A DNA stretch of 64,000 bases from Tubiluchus corallicola (taxonomy: Eukaryota; Animalia; Priapulida): contig JAQGDQ010000051.1 of the NCBI GenBank assembly GCA_030141605.1, positions 642,628 through 706,627 on the forward strand, written 5' to 3'. Every line of letters begins with the position of its first letter. Positions within the stretch are counted from its first letter, which is position 1. A program made the translations under genes and the position numbers. Shown piece by piece: positions 51,605 through 63,850 of the stretch. Below the pieces are notes generated by a model. That model made no database searches. It had not been told where the DNA came from and saw only the letters and a program-made list of their open reading frames with translations.

Positions 51605-51733
51605 GTAATAAACACCATGTTGATTCCTAGAGGCTAGACAGATAATGATGCTATCACGCCAATTTTACGTATTACACAGTGCGCTGTAAGTTTGGTACTA
51701 GTACGTTTGGCACTTGTACTAGGAAAATTCAGT

Positions 51734-51912
51734 GCACGCACGCACACACACACACAGACACACACACATGTATACACATACAAACATGCATATATACCCG
51801 CACACGCGCGCGCACGCATGCACACACACACACACGAACACACATAAACATATAGCGATATGCACATATATACATATACACACATATGCACATATGACTA
51901 CACACACATAAA
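51734..51912. repeat. Compound (CA)/(CG)/(TA) alternating purine-pyrimidine microsatellite
   Basis: cacgcacgcacacacaca...cacacgcgcgcgcacgcatgcacacaca. Confidence 0.9.
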
Positions 51913-52776
51913 TATAAAAGCATGGTTGTCATGTGTGAGGTAGGTTGGACACATTTAGCAAATTTATCCGTGAACCCCCCCCCAATTTTTTTGTAACGTC
52001 ACTCTGTAATTTGCAGGAGTTAGTGCAACCTAGCACTTTTGTTTGTAAATTTTCAGTACCAGACGAAATTATTTTGTAACAGCTTCCTGCACAGATTTTT
52101 TTAAGACTGATTGATTGTTGTGCTTAATGTCTTTTAACACAACTTCTATTCTAGTTGGAGAGCAGTAAGCTTTTGATCATGTAGGCCCTCCACTCTCTGC
52201 AATACCTTATTCAGCCAGTATAGCAATTTCATTGTCCACAGAGCAATTGCAAAAATACACACTTAGTGCCCAGGCCCAACAAAGCCAATTGTACAGGAGA
52301 TGTCTTCTCCATCAATCACAAAGGCTTGTGCACTGAAAGTTCCTGAGAGATAAGTTTTCTCATTTTTTTATAGAAAATGATTTCTTCAAAGTTAGGAGGG
52401 CTGAGGAAATATCATCTTGTAGTTTTAAATTTATGTGCGTACTTTGACACTGACATCACATTTCCTTAGTGATTGACTGAACTAGTAAGGTTTCAAATAA
52501 GTTGAATATATTATTGTATTGTTTCTAGATCCCTGAGGTGTACAAAAATATGTATCTGATGAGTAAAATTTTAGTTAAGAACACTAAAGTTCTAATCATA
52601 ACCATTGGCCCTACCTAGGTTATACTAATCTGTATAAAAAGGTAGCATGATCTCACATTCTGTAAGCAACAGCAAACTCATAGGGAATACAGTCAAGCGA
52701 GAGCACGAGATGGAATCACAAACTGCTGAAATGATTAATCTGCCGTAAAATAGCACATATATCACTTAGTACTTAC

Positions 52777-52871
52777 TTTGACTTTTATTGACCGACTTCT
52801 TTTTTAGCGACTTTGCTCTAACATTTACTTCTCGATTTTTGTTTTCAAGCTTGTATGGTAGCTCAAGTGTG
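52777..52871 (-). CDS. TMEM131: TMEM131 exon (STLELPYKLENKNRE...NKSQ)
   Basis: attttag acceptor, a|gtaagt donor, phase 2/1. LELPY motif conserved in TMEM131. Confidence 0.88.
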
Positions 52872-52971
52872 CTAAAATATAACAAAAAGTTGATGAAAAT
52901 GAAATGCCTTTTGGCAATGCCAAACCTGAAAAGTTCTAATAACAGCAATAACAGCACTTGCTATTTCTCAC

Positions 52972-53186
52972 CTTGGCTTCATAATATCACCACCAAAGGC
53001 TCTATTAGGATCAATCTTGAACCGTCTGTGAGCTTTAGATCGTGTGCTTAATTCAAATTCGTTGTCAGCAATTGTGGTACCCTTTCCAGCTTTACCAGTT
53101 TTGAGTTTCTGCTTTCTGTTGATGGAAGTATTTAATGTGTTACTTGTTACAACATCTGGAGTTAAATCACGCACATTCATCAAAAT
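52972..53186 (-). CDS. TMEM131: TMEM131 exon (ILMNVRDLTPD...FELSTRSKAHRRFKIDPNRAFGGDIMKP)
   Basis: tttcacag acceptor, ag|gtgaga donor, phase 0/2; 100-nt intron to the next exon. Confidence 0.85.
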
Positions 53187-54079
53187 CTGTGAAAACAACA
53201 AGATAAATTATAGTAATAGATTAATGAAATGGAAATCGGAAACACACAAATCCATATCTATATTAGGTTTCACTTTGAATCTAGGGCATCATCAAAGGAT
53301 CAATAAGACTTGTACCTTTTTTATTAATGACACATTTCTTCCATTTCAGAAGAGATTCACAAACTTCCTATACAAACTGAAAACCCTATATTGCGGTTCA
53401 GTTTCAAAGACTATTTTTTCATTTTTGAGACACTATACTAGACAAATACAGAAACTCTAAGGAAAAATTCCTTAGTATAGGTATGGTAGCTATTTCTTTT
53501 GTTCTAAAATAAAACATTTCTCCCAGAAAAACACTTTACTATATTTAGTCACTTTTGGACATGGATCGCTATATCTACTAAACAGTAGAACCTCCAGGCC
53601 CTTATTCGAACGAGCACTTCTTATTTTTATCGAAGTTGCATATCAACAAAGATAACATATTAAACCATTTTTCAAGCTGCAAAAAGCCTGAGTGTATTCT
53701 GTTCAATGTGTACAAACTGTACATGTTTGTCAACTATTTGTCAGTAGTGTAAAACGTAAAACAAAAAAAAAGAATTAATAAATTATCCTAAACAATCTTT
53801 TTGCATTTACAGGTAGGCACATTTACAATATTTAATAAACACATATGCTTGCAGGCTAATCTGATTGCAGAATGAGTAGCAGACTGATACTTATAGCATT
53901 TTTCAATACATCGATATGCACGCGGTATTCAATGGTGATTATATATTTTTTTATTTTGTTTCTTAGGATGCTTATTCAGATGGGCCTTTCATTAAACACA
54001 TGTCCTAAAGTGAGCAAATATCATATACAAGTTTAACCATTAATAATGACAATTTCTAAACCACAAAAGTCAAGCTTAC

Positions 54080-54177
54080 ATCAGAATCAGGAGAAGAACA
54101 TTCTGTGGTTGTAGAAGAGCTGTCTGATTCTTCCATGTGCTGAACTAACCGTTGCTGCTTCTTTGCTTGTTTAAGTG
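54080..54177 (-). CDS. TMEM131: TMEM131 exon (LKQAKKQQ...EESDSSSTTTECSSPDSD)
   Basis: aatttag acceptor, gtaagc donor, phase 1/0. DSSSTTTE motif conserved in TMEM131. Confidence 0.9.
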
Positions 54178-54380
54178 CTAAATTAGACATAAAATTAGAG
54201 AAGTGTTTAAATTATTTTAAAATGTGCTGAGATACAATGTACACAAAATCAAAAAGTTTTGTTGTGAAAGTTTTTCTAGATTTTTTATTATTTACAATCT
54301 TAAATTTAAGATTTTCAATAAAGATGAAGTAATGATGACTTAGTTCAATTTTAATAGCTCATCGAACAATTCAAATATTA

Positions 54381-54934
54381 CCGTATATATGTGTGTACAA
54401 GTCGACCTTATGTACAAGTCGATGTGCATTTTAAGACCAAAAATTGGACCATTTTATATATTACCAGTGTACAAGTCGACCATAAAATATTAAGATCTTC
54501 CAGAGTGAACGATGTCAACAATGGCCAAGTAATAAGTCAGTAGCCTACTGTGTTAGTGTGCAAGATACGTGTATGCTGGTAATCGATATTTTGTCAATAA
54601 AACACGCATATAGAAGGCCAGTGTAAAACTTCCCACGGAAGCCAGCAGGCGGCAGCACCTGCACAATATTGTCCATTTCCGTGTTCTGATCGAGCGCTAA
54701 TTTGTTAATTTTGAGAAGTAATGCCAAGAGGCGAACATTCTCTGATGTGAAGTATCACAGTATAAGTGTTCATTCAGCCCAGCGTATAATGAAGGATTAT
54801 TTCTTTACATATTCGTATTGTAGATGACTCTTTAGCAGCATCTCCCAAAAACATATAGTAAGTATAAGTCGACCCCAAAAATTCCACCTTAAAATCGCCT
54901 TACAAAAATTAGACTTGTATATAAGTATATATGG
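54381..54934. mobile_element. Tc1/mariner pogo/Tc2-type MITE
   Basis: TA-flanked imperfect TIR ccgtatatat.tgt.tacaagtc / gacttgtatataagtatatatgg, with repeated subterminal aagtcgacc motifs. Confidence 0.8.
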
Positions 54935-56235
54935 TAAATTACTTAAGCTAGAGGCACTACTAATAATTATTAGATTAGTTTTCATAAATAAAGCTTAGTA
55001 ATATCCAAGAGTATTTAAATAATTAGTTACACCTATACCTCAAAGTTATGAATTACTGATGAAATAAATTGAATATTTTGACATTAGTGTGAGAACCTAA
55101 TTTAAATCTACAAACTCACTAACCAATGCAACAGTTGCAAGTATTAAGAAATGTAAGTTAGATTTTTCCTGCACATCGGCAAATGTTCTTAAGCAAGTAG
55201 ACTACGAGAATTTATTTGGTGCCGTGATAAATGAATTCAAAATAGTTAATAAAACTCAAAATAAGCCTTTTCACAGTTTCGTTGTGCTCACGCACAGTTG
55301 TTGTAGGTCAAACGCTTAGTGAACTCCAGCAATAAGTCTTAACTACAATCGCCACGTGGGTAAAACAAAGCCGTCTGCCACATCAGTTCAGCAACTCGAG
55401 TTGAGGTACCATTTCCTTGTTATTTCACGTGGACTTACTTAATTATGCATTAGTCTGTACAATGTAGTGCGATTTAGTATCTTCCTTGGGAAGGAAGCTA
55501 GCTGCTAAAACTGTTACTATTACAATAGCATGGGCTGCGAGACGTTGTCAAGTGTACATAAATGCATTGTCTGGTTCACTTGGACTTTTCACAATCATCA
55601 GTAATCGCTGAAACTGTAAAAGTGCTTATTGGTTCCTTTCATACATTGCAGAATAGAAAAATAGAAAATGATGTAAAATGACGGCTTCAAAAACTGTCGA
55701 CTCAGTCAGTCCACAAAGGACATGATGTTAGGCATACATCTGAGGTGCACAGCCTTGCTATTTCATTGATGAAATTCTTTTTATGAAAATTCATGCACCC
55801 AGTGTGACAAAATGCATAAACCTGCTTGAACAAATTCACTTCTATTTAAAATGTCTAAGACCTTTGTTTAAGGGTTTCAAAAGCTGCAGCATGGTTTCGT
55901 GTACGTAGATGACAACTAAGTATACTCTGATATAAGAATACAAGATATTCATCTAGATCAATTGAGGGCAACTATCTACTTATATCTCTACATGATATCA
56001 AACACAAACTGTAAAACTTTCGAAACAAGATCTTGTACAATAGACTTAAGAATAGTGACCAACGACTTGCAAAAATAATTTCAAACTGAATTCACTTTCA
56101 TGCATTCATTTTATCAGACTTTTAATTTAGCACAAGGGCTATCTTTGCCTTAGTTTTGTTAAGTGTTAATTGTCTTTGGTTGACAGAAAGTTTATATAGA
56201 TATAAGCAATTTAAACTTTAAAAAATAACAATTCT

Positions 56236-56290
56236 AACAACAACAGCGGCGCCAGCAACGACGACGATGACGACAACAACAACAACAATA
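56236..56290. repeat. (AAC)/(GAC) trinucleotide microsatellite
   Basis: aacaacaacagcggcgccagcaacgacgacgatgacgacaacaacaacaacaat. Confidence 0.7.
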
Positions 56291-56405
56291 AAAGATAAAA
56301 CCACAAAAGTGAACAGAGAAGCAAGGTACATATTTCTCTGAGAAATGCTAGCTTAGGAAATTAAACAATTTAAATTGTACAGCATATGCTCTATTTCTTA
56401 TCTAC

Positions 56406-56743
56406 CTTCACTTTTTTCTTTGTTCCGATCTCTTCTTTCAGATGATGGGCTCATGTCTCGTTCTAAATAGGTTTCTTTTGCTCGTTCAAGATTCACTCGA
56501 TTCTCCATGGTACACCTTACATCATCACTGCCTTTTTCAAAAGATCGTTCTTCTAGGTCTAAACGTCGTTGTTTTAGCTTTGATTTCCTGCTTTCAAAAT
56601 CAGTTGTACAATCACAAATGACATTGTTATTTTTGACATCCTTCTCTTTTGGTTTCTCAAAATTACTCCCTTTCAGAGTCCTTAAAAAATTGTTAACTGC
56701 AGATATGCTGGAGCTGCGAGGCTTTTCTTTTTCTACCTTTAAA
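56406..56743 (-). CDS. TMEM131: TMEM131 exon, charged low-complexity region (LKVEKEKPRSSS...RNKEKSE)
   Basis: Strong polypyrimidine+AG acceptor, ag|gtag donor, 112 open codons, phase 2/1 compatible with neighbours. Confidence 0.8.
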
Positions 56744-57379
56744 CTAAAAAAAGAAGAAAATTAGCACACATATATAGAAGTAACGTGTTTCAACCCTCAT
56801 TCATATTAATGAAAATCCTAAAAGAAGTTGTGCGTGTAAAGGCTTCTTTAATGATGGGTCAGGAACTGAACCTTCAAGAGTGAATTTACTTCTTTCTGAG
56901 GATCAGCTCTGCCTGGTACGATGGCTCATTGCGATCACTTATTTTGTTCAAAAATAAGAGTAGTGAAATAAACATGTCTAATTTATTAGTTTGACCCACA
57001 GCAGACTGTACTCATTATGCAGATTCTTGTAAGAGGACCAGAACCTAATTCATTATTGAGATTATACCAGTAGGTGAGATGTTAAATAGACAGAAATATC
57101 TTAGCCTTATTAGGGATAGACATAGACATAGGGAACACGACACACAAAACTGCCTAGAAGCGAATTTTCTGACAATCATGCAATCCTTTACTACTATGCC
57201 CCATCATTGCTTAACTTCAGGTGCTAACCACACAACTTGCACAATCCCAATATTAAGACTACTATCATTACTTCAATTAATTGTTAATATAACTGCTATA
57301 AAATTGTTAATATAACAAAATAACCTATGCAATTGTTAACCAGCAGTAGGTATATCAATAAGCAATAGGCATATAATTA

Positions 57380-58290
57380 AAAACTAGACTGCTGTTTCAG
57401 ACCATGGCTCAATATTCTGTAACTGAAACTGCAAGATGAAGTTGTGACCAGATTTCAGATTTTGTCGAGAGTGGAAAAAGATAGCCTGTTCTACATGGTA
57501 AGTGTTGAAGAGGAAACACTTGTTGCGGCACACCAAACAGGTCGTGCATCAAGCATATCTGTTGGGACCAGGCACTGCATCCAATGACACTCTTTTTCTA
57601 GGGGACAAGGAAACTTTACATGCTTTGTCAACTGTCTTAGTTATGCATTTATTGGCTTTGTCAAAATAGACCTAATAGAGTGCAGCAAAACGTTCAAGCA
57701 CAAACACGTGGTAAGTCAGCTGCTTAGCTCTAGGAATAATGCTTAGAGACACCAAATTCTTCCGTTTTCTTTGCAACACTTACTATGTAGAACAGGTTAT
57801 CTTTTTCCTCTCTCTACAAAATCTGAAATCTGGTCACAACAAGAAGCTGACAGAACTGATTCTCTTCAGGGCCTACGTCATTTGCAATTTCACAAAAAGC
57901 TATGTACTTAAGGTATGTGCCTGTTCCAGACATTAAGCAGTGTAGCGATGTAATATTCATTTGAGAAACCACACAAGCATTCAAACACAACCTTGCTACA
58001 TTGTGACAGTATGTTCATGTTAGTTGACAAAACAGGTAGACTTTGTTCACAATTCCTAAAAGATATTGCCATTATGAATTGGAAACAGCTATCTTGTCAG
58101 CCATCTTGAATGCTGTGGCCACATTGGATAATATTCGATTGGCACCACACCAAAAATTACTTTTAAGGCTAAATGAGCAATTCCGTCATTTTGTAGAATA
58201 CTTGCAGCCATCTTAGCAACCGAGGTGATATTATAGGGGATTTAAGCATCTGATATGGATTCCTTGACCTTGAAAACCAGACACCAATAC
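57380..58290. mobile_element. Rearranged copy of the Academ-like family seen at 18330-20004
   Basis: 57444-57515 matches ~18717-18790; 57580-57840 is the reverse complement of ~18717-18960; 58060-58290 matches ~19530-19770. Confidence 0.6.
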
Positions 58291-59054
58291 ATGGCTAGAT
58301 GTGTTCTATACAATAACCCCTAGATCAGTTCAAGCAAGGCAGATACCTCCTCCCTGCCATTATGTTCAGTTTTGTAGATCGAAATGCATAGAGAAGTTTT
58401 TCCTGTGTCTGTATCAGTGTCTGTTTTGGGCAACTTGGCCAACAACACTGTAACATCATCACTGCCAGAATCATTACCTGCACAAACTACATGTGAATCG
58501 CAGTCAGAAAAATGATCTGCTTCTTCTCCACTCCTACCTCCTTATCATACTCTGTGTGAATCGGATCTAGACCGGATTCGTCGCCCGTATCAATGTCTGA
58601 ATTGTTACTGCCAATGTACAATCCAACAGCAGCACCTGTATCCATGACAGTATCAATACTTTCCCAAATTAACATGAAGATCATCCCTAGCAAGACATCT
58701 ATCACCTAAAAGCTGGCTATAGAAATCGCACAAAATAAAACTTCCTGCTTCTGCCGAACTTTATAATTCCTCATTAAATAAACAAATTAGCTCATTTAAT
58801 GTTTCAATATCACCAGTTTTAGAATTACAGCGCTTATTTCTAGCTACTTGAGATACATTATGCCAGTGGTGCACAATTCATTTCAGCCTCATTCGTACTC
58901 CGATGACGTAGCAAAATCTCGTTCGCACCTTGCCAAATGGGTGGCAGCAAACACAAAAAACACACATTATTGATTGCAATGTGGCTCTCTGATGTAGCAT
59001 TAAGCATTTCTATTATTATTTTGCTTAGCTTACTTAGTTAGTAATTAGTTAGTA

Positions 59055-59900
59055 CAGTCAAACCTGAAACCTTGTTATGCCGCCCCCCCCCTGCCTGCTT
59101 CCCCTAATGCCAACTTTTGCCCTGTCCCAATTTCCATAATGTTTTAAATACAGATATATAGGTAATACTGCCTACCCAGGCTACTGGTATCCGCCAACAC
59201 ATTTACACTGCCAAATTTCTGTTTTACATAATAAATTAACCCCGTTCTAACGCCAGACAGTGCACAATGAATTACCAACTGAAAGATGCCATGGTATTGC
59301 AAAAACAATGGCTTTTAACATAAAAACAATCATGATATTTAAGAATTTAAATCTTGTAGCAAATGACTATAGGAAAGTAAATTAATGTGGATATTTTAAG
59401 CTGACTAGAAGCATGGACGAGAACATGAATTTCATAGCTGCCGCATAGAATTAACATGAATGTGCTGCATATTCTACTGCACAAAAGAAGCAAATTTGTG
59501 AATTTGCCCGAGAAAACAAAACAAGAGCTGTCAAGGCACTGCAAACTAATTTTCCACTAAGCGGGATAAAGAGGTTAAATGACGTACAATCACTGATATT
59601 ACCAAAGAATCTAAAAAATGGCTAGGGACTGACGATGCATCACAGTCAGCCAAAAAAGTCGTCAGGTAAAACATCAAAAATGAAGAAAACCTTGTTTATC
59701 TGACTTTCAAATGTTTGCTAAAAAAGCAAGCCATTAACACAAGATCTTTTGAAATTTTTGGTGACAGGTTAGAACTGCGAAAGTTTGTTTATTCTAGTGG
59801 CTGGCTTCAACGTTTTAAGTTGTGTGTTGGATTTTCCAACAAAACGATAACTCGAGAAAGTGCTGGTGATCATCTACTAAATATTTTGGGAGATGTTTAA
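59055..59900 (+). mobile_element. Tigger/pogo remnant with CENP-B-type HTH fragment
   Basis: ta|cagtcaaacc left end and FVYSSGWLQRFK...TITRES motif in 59715-59900. Right end not found. Confidence 0.6.
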
Positions 59901-59949
59901 CTTCATGACAACTCAAGCAAGCATGCACCGTGTGACCACTCAGCTATTT

Positions 59950-61210
59950 TTCTTTCCAGTACCGAAAAAACAGTGCTTCAAAAATAATTCACTGATTAAT
60001 TATTATAAGCATTATTATAAATATGGCGTCTCTTTTGATGCGATATAGCATGCAATGAATACACCATTTGGAAAAGTTTTCACTCTGAACCAGACTTGAT
60101 ATTTTGACTTTTCAATGGTGTATACACGAGACCTTGAATAGCACTGCAGCACCTCCATGTTTTTCTTTTCCTTTAAAAATTTTTGGATGTATGCTCATGA
60201 AGCCCGCCACAGAGAACAGAGGATTATTTTTATTTCACATACACACATAATTTTGTGTGTATGTGAAATAATAGTAGGCGTACATGACATTGAATCCGAC
60301 TTGGTTACATTGCTGTTTGGATTAACAGATAATTGAGACAACATCTTTACACATCTCACTCCGCTGTTCAAAAAGACTTGAAACTCGTCAATTACTTGAC
60401 AACAAGGGTGCATCTCACTTTATTATCATATCGTATTGTACAGCCCTGGTTTTCTCAGGCTTTGAATTTTCTTCTTTTCCACTTTTCTAAGCCTAATAAA
60501 TTCACTGTGAATTCAGAGTTGCTAATCTTTCTTCACATACATATTCTTGAAAGAACAGCATTTTTCAAATTTTTGGCTTTTTCCAAAATTCTAGTTCAAT
60601 CATCCTTATTCTCAATAAAACAGTGAGTGGGCAACTTTTGTAGAACTGCACACAGTTTTCTAGACGTGTACACCACAGTCTTTACATGTTTACTAATGCG
60701 TGTTACCTCAACTGAAGTTAAATTTTTCTCTGGTACTCCAAACAAGATTATATTATGAACTCGAGTACTGGCTTTTATGGATTCTAGATACCATCGATGT
60801 TGTAGCAAACAACTTTTCAAACCAGCCTTGTCCTACTCCAACTTGCAAATTTTCCTTCCCATTTTTCTTGAAAAGAAGTAATTTGCTTCTCCTGTTTTTG
60901 ATGATGTCTCCTTTCAAAGCATCAAACTTTCTTTTGAGGCACTCTGCGTTATGGCACCAAAAAGTTCTGTTGTGTGGTCTGTAGTTTCCGATTGTAGCAG
61001 GCTACTGACAGCTGAAACCAAGTCTTCTTTATCCAATTTGGATATTTGAATGAGGATAATTTCCTTATCTTCTCCACTGAACATTTTAACTAATCATCAT
61101 TTTAAATAAATTGGAATTAATGTTGCAGTTTTCACCATTATAGAGTAGTCTACCGACTAACTAATATATTATGTACAGCACGTCTTAACTGTTAGAGCTT
61201 TCTCAAAACA
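59950..61210 (-). mobile_element. Decayed 5' part of a CR1/L2-group LINE (ORF1 plus AP endonuclease remnant)
   Basis: ORF1-type RVHNIILFGVPE (60596-60820) and endonuclease-like KEKHGGAAVLFK (~60135-60170). Confidence 0.55.
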
Positions 61211-61573
61211 CGCCTGACCAGTTTAACAGTCTAGGCACACTAAAACTATCCAATCTTAACTTCTCTATCACTCACCTAAGTTCTACCAAATTATTATTGA
61301 AGCCTAGGAGGAGACAGCTTACAAAACTTTTTGAGAAAAATGACATTTGATTTGAACCACACACCCAAGGTTGCCAAGTACTAAACAGAAGTCACTCCCC
61401 ATGTGGGCCTCGTTTTCCAACTTTCTACTTTCTGAGATGTTAATCGAAATAAATAAATGAGAAACTCATCCAAAAGCAAAGATACATTGAAACAGCATTG
61501 AAATAGCGATAATAAAGAAATGGTTCGTAAACAAGAAGATTCTGCATATATTAAAAATCATCAATATTATTAC

Positions 61574-61723
61574 TTTGATTTTTGGTGATCGAAAGTCTTC
61601 GAGCCCACAGGCTTAAGGTCAAAAACTTTACTTCTATCAAATGTTTGTCCGTTTAATGTAGAATTTTGTACAGGAGTAATGTACGATTGAAAATACTTCT
61701 TTCTTCTGTGATCTGACCATAAT
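61574..61723 (-). CDS. TMEM131: TMEM131 exon (LWSDHRRKKYF...FDRSKVFDLKPVG...)
   Basis: tttttgcag acceptor, aa|gtaat donor, 150 nt, phase 2/2. FD....FDL..VG matches the juxtamembrane motif of TMEM131. Confidence 0.85.
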
Positions 61724-62008
61724 CTGCAAAAATATATTAATAACACCACTTACATGTATCAGGTAAATTAGAAAGACATTAAACACAAGAATAATAAACC
61801 TAATAGTAATAATATTCTAGTAAGTAATTTATATAACAGATTATGCCAAGATATTTAATTTACGATAAATGCAATAAAAACAAAAAGCAATGCAAACGTT
61901 AAACAGACAATTATGTTTAAAATCAATTATACTGATTTGTTTATCCTTAGGAAACAAAAACACAATTCTCAATTATTAAATTCTGCAAAACAAAAAACCG
62001 ATTTATAC

Positions 62009-62242
62009 CTGTCAGATTCAAAATACGAAGCAGCAAGAATGCAGAACAGTAGAACAGCCATAAATGTAACTGCAGCATAGTAAAGAATTGGTTCCCAATG
62101 TGGCCGAGGTAGTATTCGGGCACATCTGGCTATCATCAGGCTCGGAACTGATGCAATGATAGTAAACATAAGTGGCTCTTCAAGACTCGTATAGAATATT
62201 AATGTCCGTTGAATTCTCGACATTGTAAAATCAGGAGTAAAA
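62009..62242 (-). CDS. TMEM131: TMEM131 exon with transmembrane helix (FTPDFTMSRIQR...LPRPHWEPILYYAAVTFMAVLLFCILAASYFESD)
   Basis: Strong resemblance to TMEM131 FTPDFT.SR....LPRP.WE plus hydrophobic segment. ttttgcag acceptor, ag|gtat donor, phase 2/2. Confidence 0.93.
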
Positions 62243-62326
62243 CTGCAAAAAATTGTCAACTTCTGTCAACACTATGTGACAAATGCACATAAAAAATTAG
62301 CAACATCACCTGAAAACTACACAGTC

Positions 62327-63850
62327 TAGTCCCATTTTTTGAAAAGTGTAGCCCTGTAGGTGTTTTTTTTCTAAAAGTGGGCAACATAGCCAATCTTATC
62401 AATTTGACTATGCTGAATTCGAAAAACACTGCTGTCACCTATTAGCAGAAAGGGGTTAGAAATGCAAAAAATGGACTCTAGGCTTTTGCACAACGTAAAT
62501 TAAATTTTTTTTTAGAAAATTAACATTAAGAAGCCAATATGACATCAATTCCAGAGTAGTTGATCCAAGGAACCCATTTCTGTCAATTTCATTTCAAAAA
62601 TGACAACTATTTTCAAAATGGTTGCCACGTGATTACGAAATAATATGTCGCTCATGCAGATTACAGATTAAGATTCATTTGCAAACAAAAAACAATCAAC
62701 TGGATCTTCTTGAATCCAGAAAGCTGCTACTAGCCCAAAATAATGCAAAGCGATTCACATAGCCCAATGTGTAAAAAGCATAATGGCCAACTGGATCCTG
62801 ATATAACTGCCTAGCCGAACGGTGAGGCACAACTTTGTACAACGTTAATCTGAAGTCAATCAAACATCATCCAATATGGCTGCCATTTTCAAAATGGATG
62901 AACAAGATCGATGTCTGTAATAGCTATTTTGAAAGCCATATCCTAACTGTTGGTGCAGCTACTATGATAATTTTGGTGTCTTAATATAGATTTTCAATTT
63001 CAAGGAATCAATTTCTGATGCCCAGAATTTCAAGATGGCTGCCAAAACACTTGTAACCACTTTTGTAATATGTTAGCTATATTGCCTGACCTAAGGAAAA
63101 TAGGACAATGACATTAGTATTTATATGTAGGTTTTAAAGCACAAGAAAACCCTCCACTTACTACCTTTTCGTATGCATGGCTTGCATTGGTAACGCTGTA
63201 TAAAACGTGTAAATTTAAACTCACACGATGACCATTAGGCACAGCCATTTTAATGGTAAGTTGTTTGAAATAAGTTTTGATAACATTAAGTAAGGTTTGG
63301 AAAAATAATCAGAGCATTCGTAGCATACATGTTGCTAATTAACTAAAATTTTAAATTAGTGTATTTTGTCAAAAAGATTAAAAATGCGTTTTTGGCTAGT
63401 AAGTGGCGCACCTTGGAGGGGGAGTCAGCGACATTTTACCAACTGGTACAAACATTTTAAATTATTAGTCTAGTTACATAAGTCTTTCCAGCAGGTAAGT
63501 GAAATGCTAAGTAATATAGATTTGCACGGAAAGCTTTTTGGGTCATAATTTAACATTGCCTTGTCTTCCCGATTTACGTGGCGTAGTGACGTCATGTAAT
63601 GGCGCAGTTGGAACAGGACTACGGAAGATTTAAAATAAAAACAAATGCCTTTCAACGCGAATACGACATGTGCATAAAATTGCTGTAAGGTTGTATAATT
63701 TTTTAAGGCGATTTTTCTGAAACCTACTGCAGGTGCCCCTTTTCTTGTCCTTGAAAGGTCAAGGATTTAAGGTAGTACCAATATGGCTAACATTTTCCAA
63801 ATGACCGAAAAGCTGTTGCTAGAATATAAAAGCCATATCTTATGCTAAAT
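62327..63850 (-). mobile_element. Subterminal-repeat remnants related to the Academ-like family
   Basis: Starts with TAGTCC. Repeated aaaatggctgcc / caagatggctgcc motifs, and ataattttggtgtcttaatatagattttc...caaggaatc is the reverse complement of motifs at ~19480-19770 and ~58245. Confidence 0.4.

Larger units (their letters stand above)
50847..51617. mobile_element. Inverted pair of Penelope-type terminal repeats (arms ~50847-51045 and ~51385-51617)
   Basis: ~200-bp imperfect inverted repeat (tggtgtttatta...ctagaaatcaagccaaa vs tttggcttgatttctag...taataaacacca). Each arm ends in a hammerhead-like motif followed by AATAAA. Confidence 0.7.

Noticed and set aside
51634-51932. Cys/Val-rich ORFs
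   Set aside because: Translations of the (CA)n microsatellite.
58440-59580. piggyBac-like element (acidic ORF 58487-58705, gaggttaa end)
   Set aside because: No convincing matching TIR/TTAA pair was found.
61330-61541. Extra TMEM131 exon after the tgcag acceptor near 61541
   Set aside because: It would need a ~32-nt intron, the adjacent exons already join in phase, and there is no motif support.
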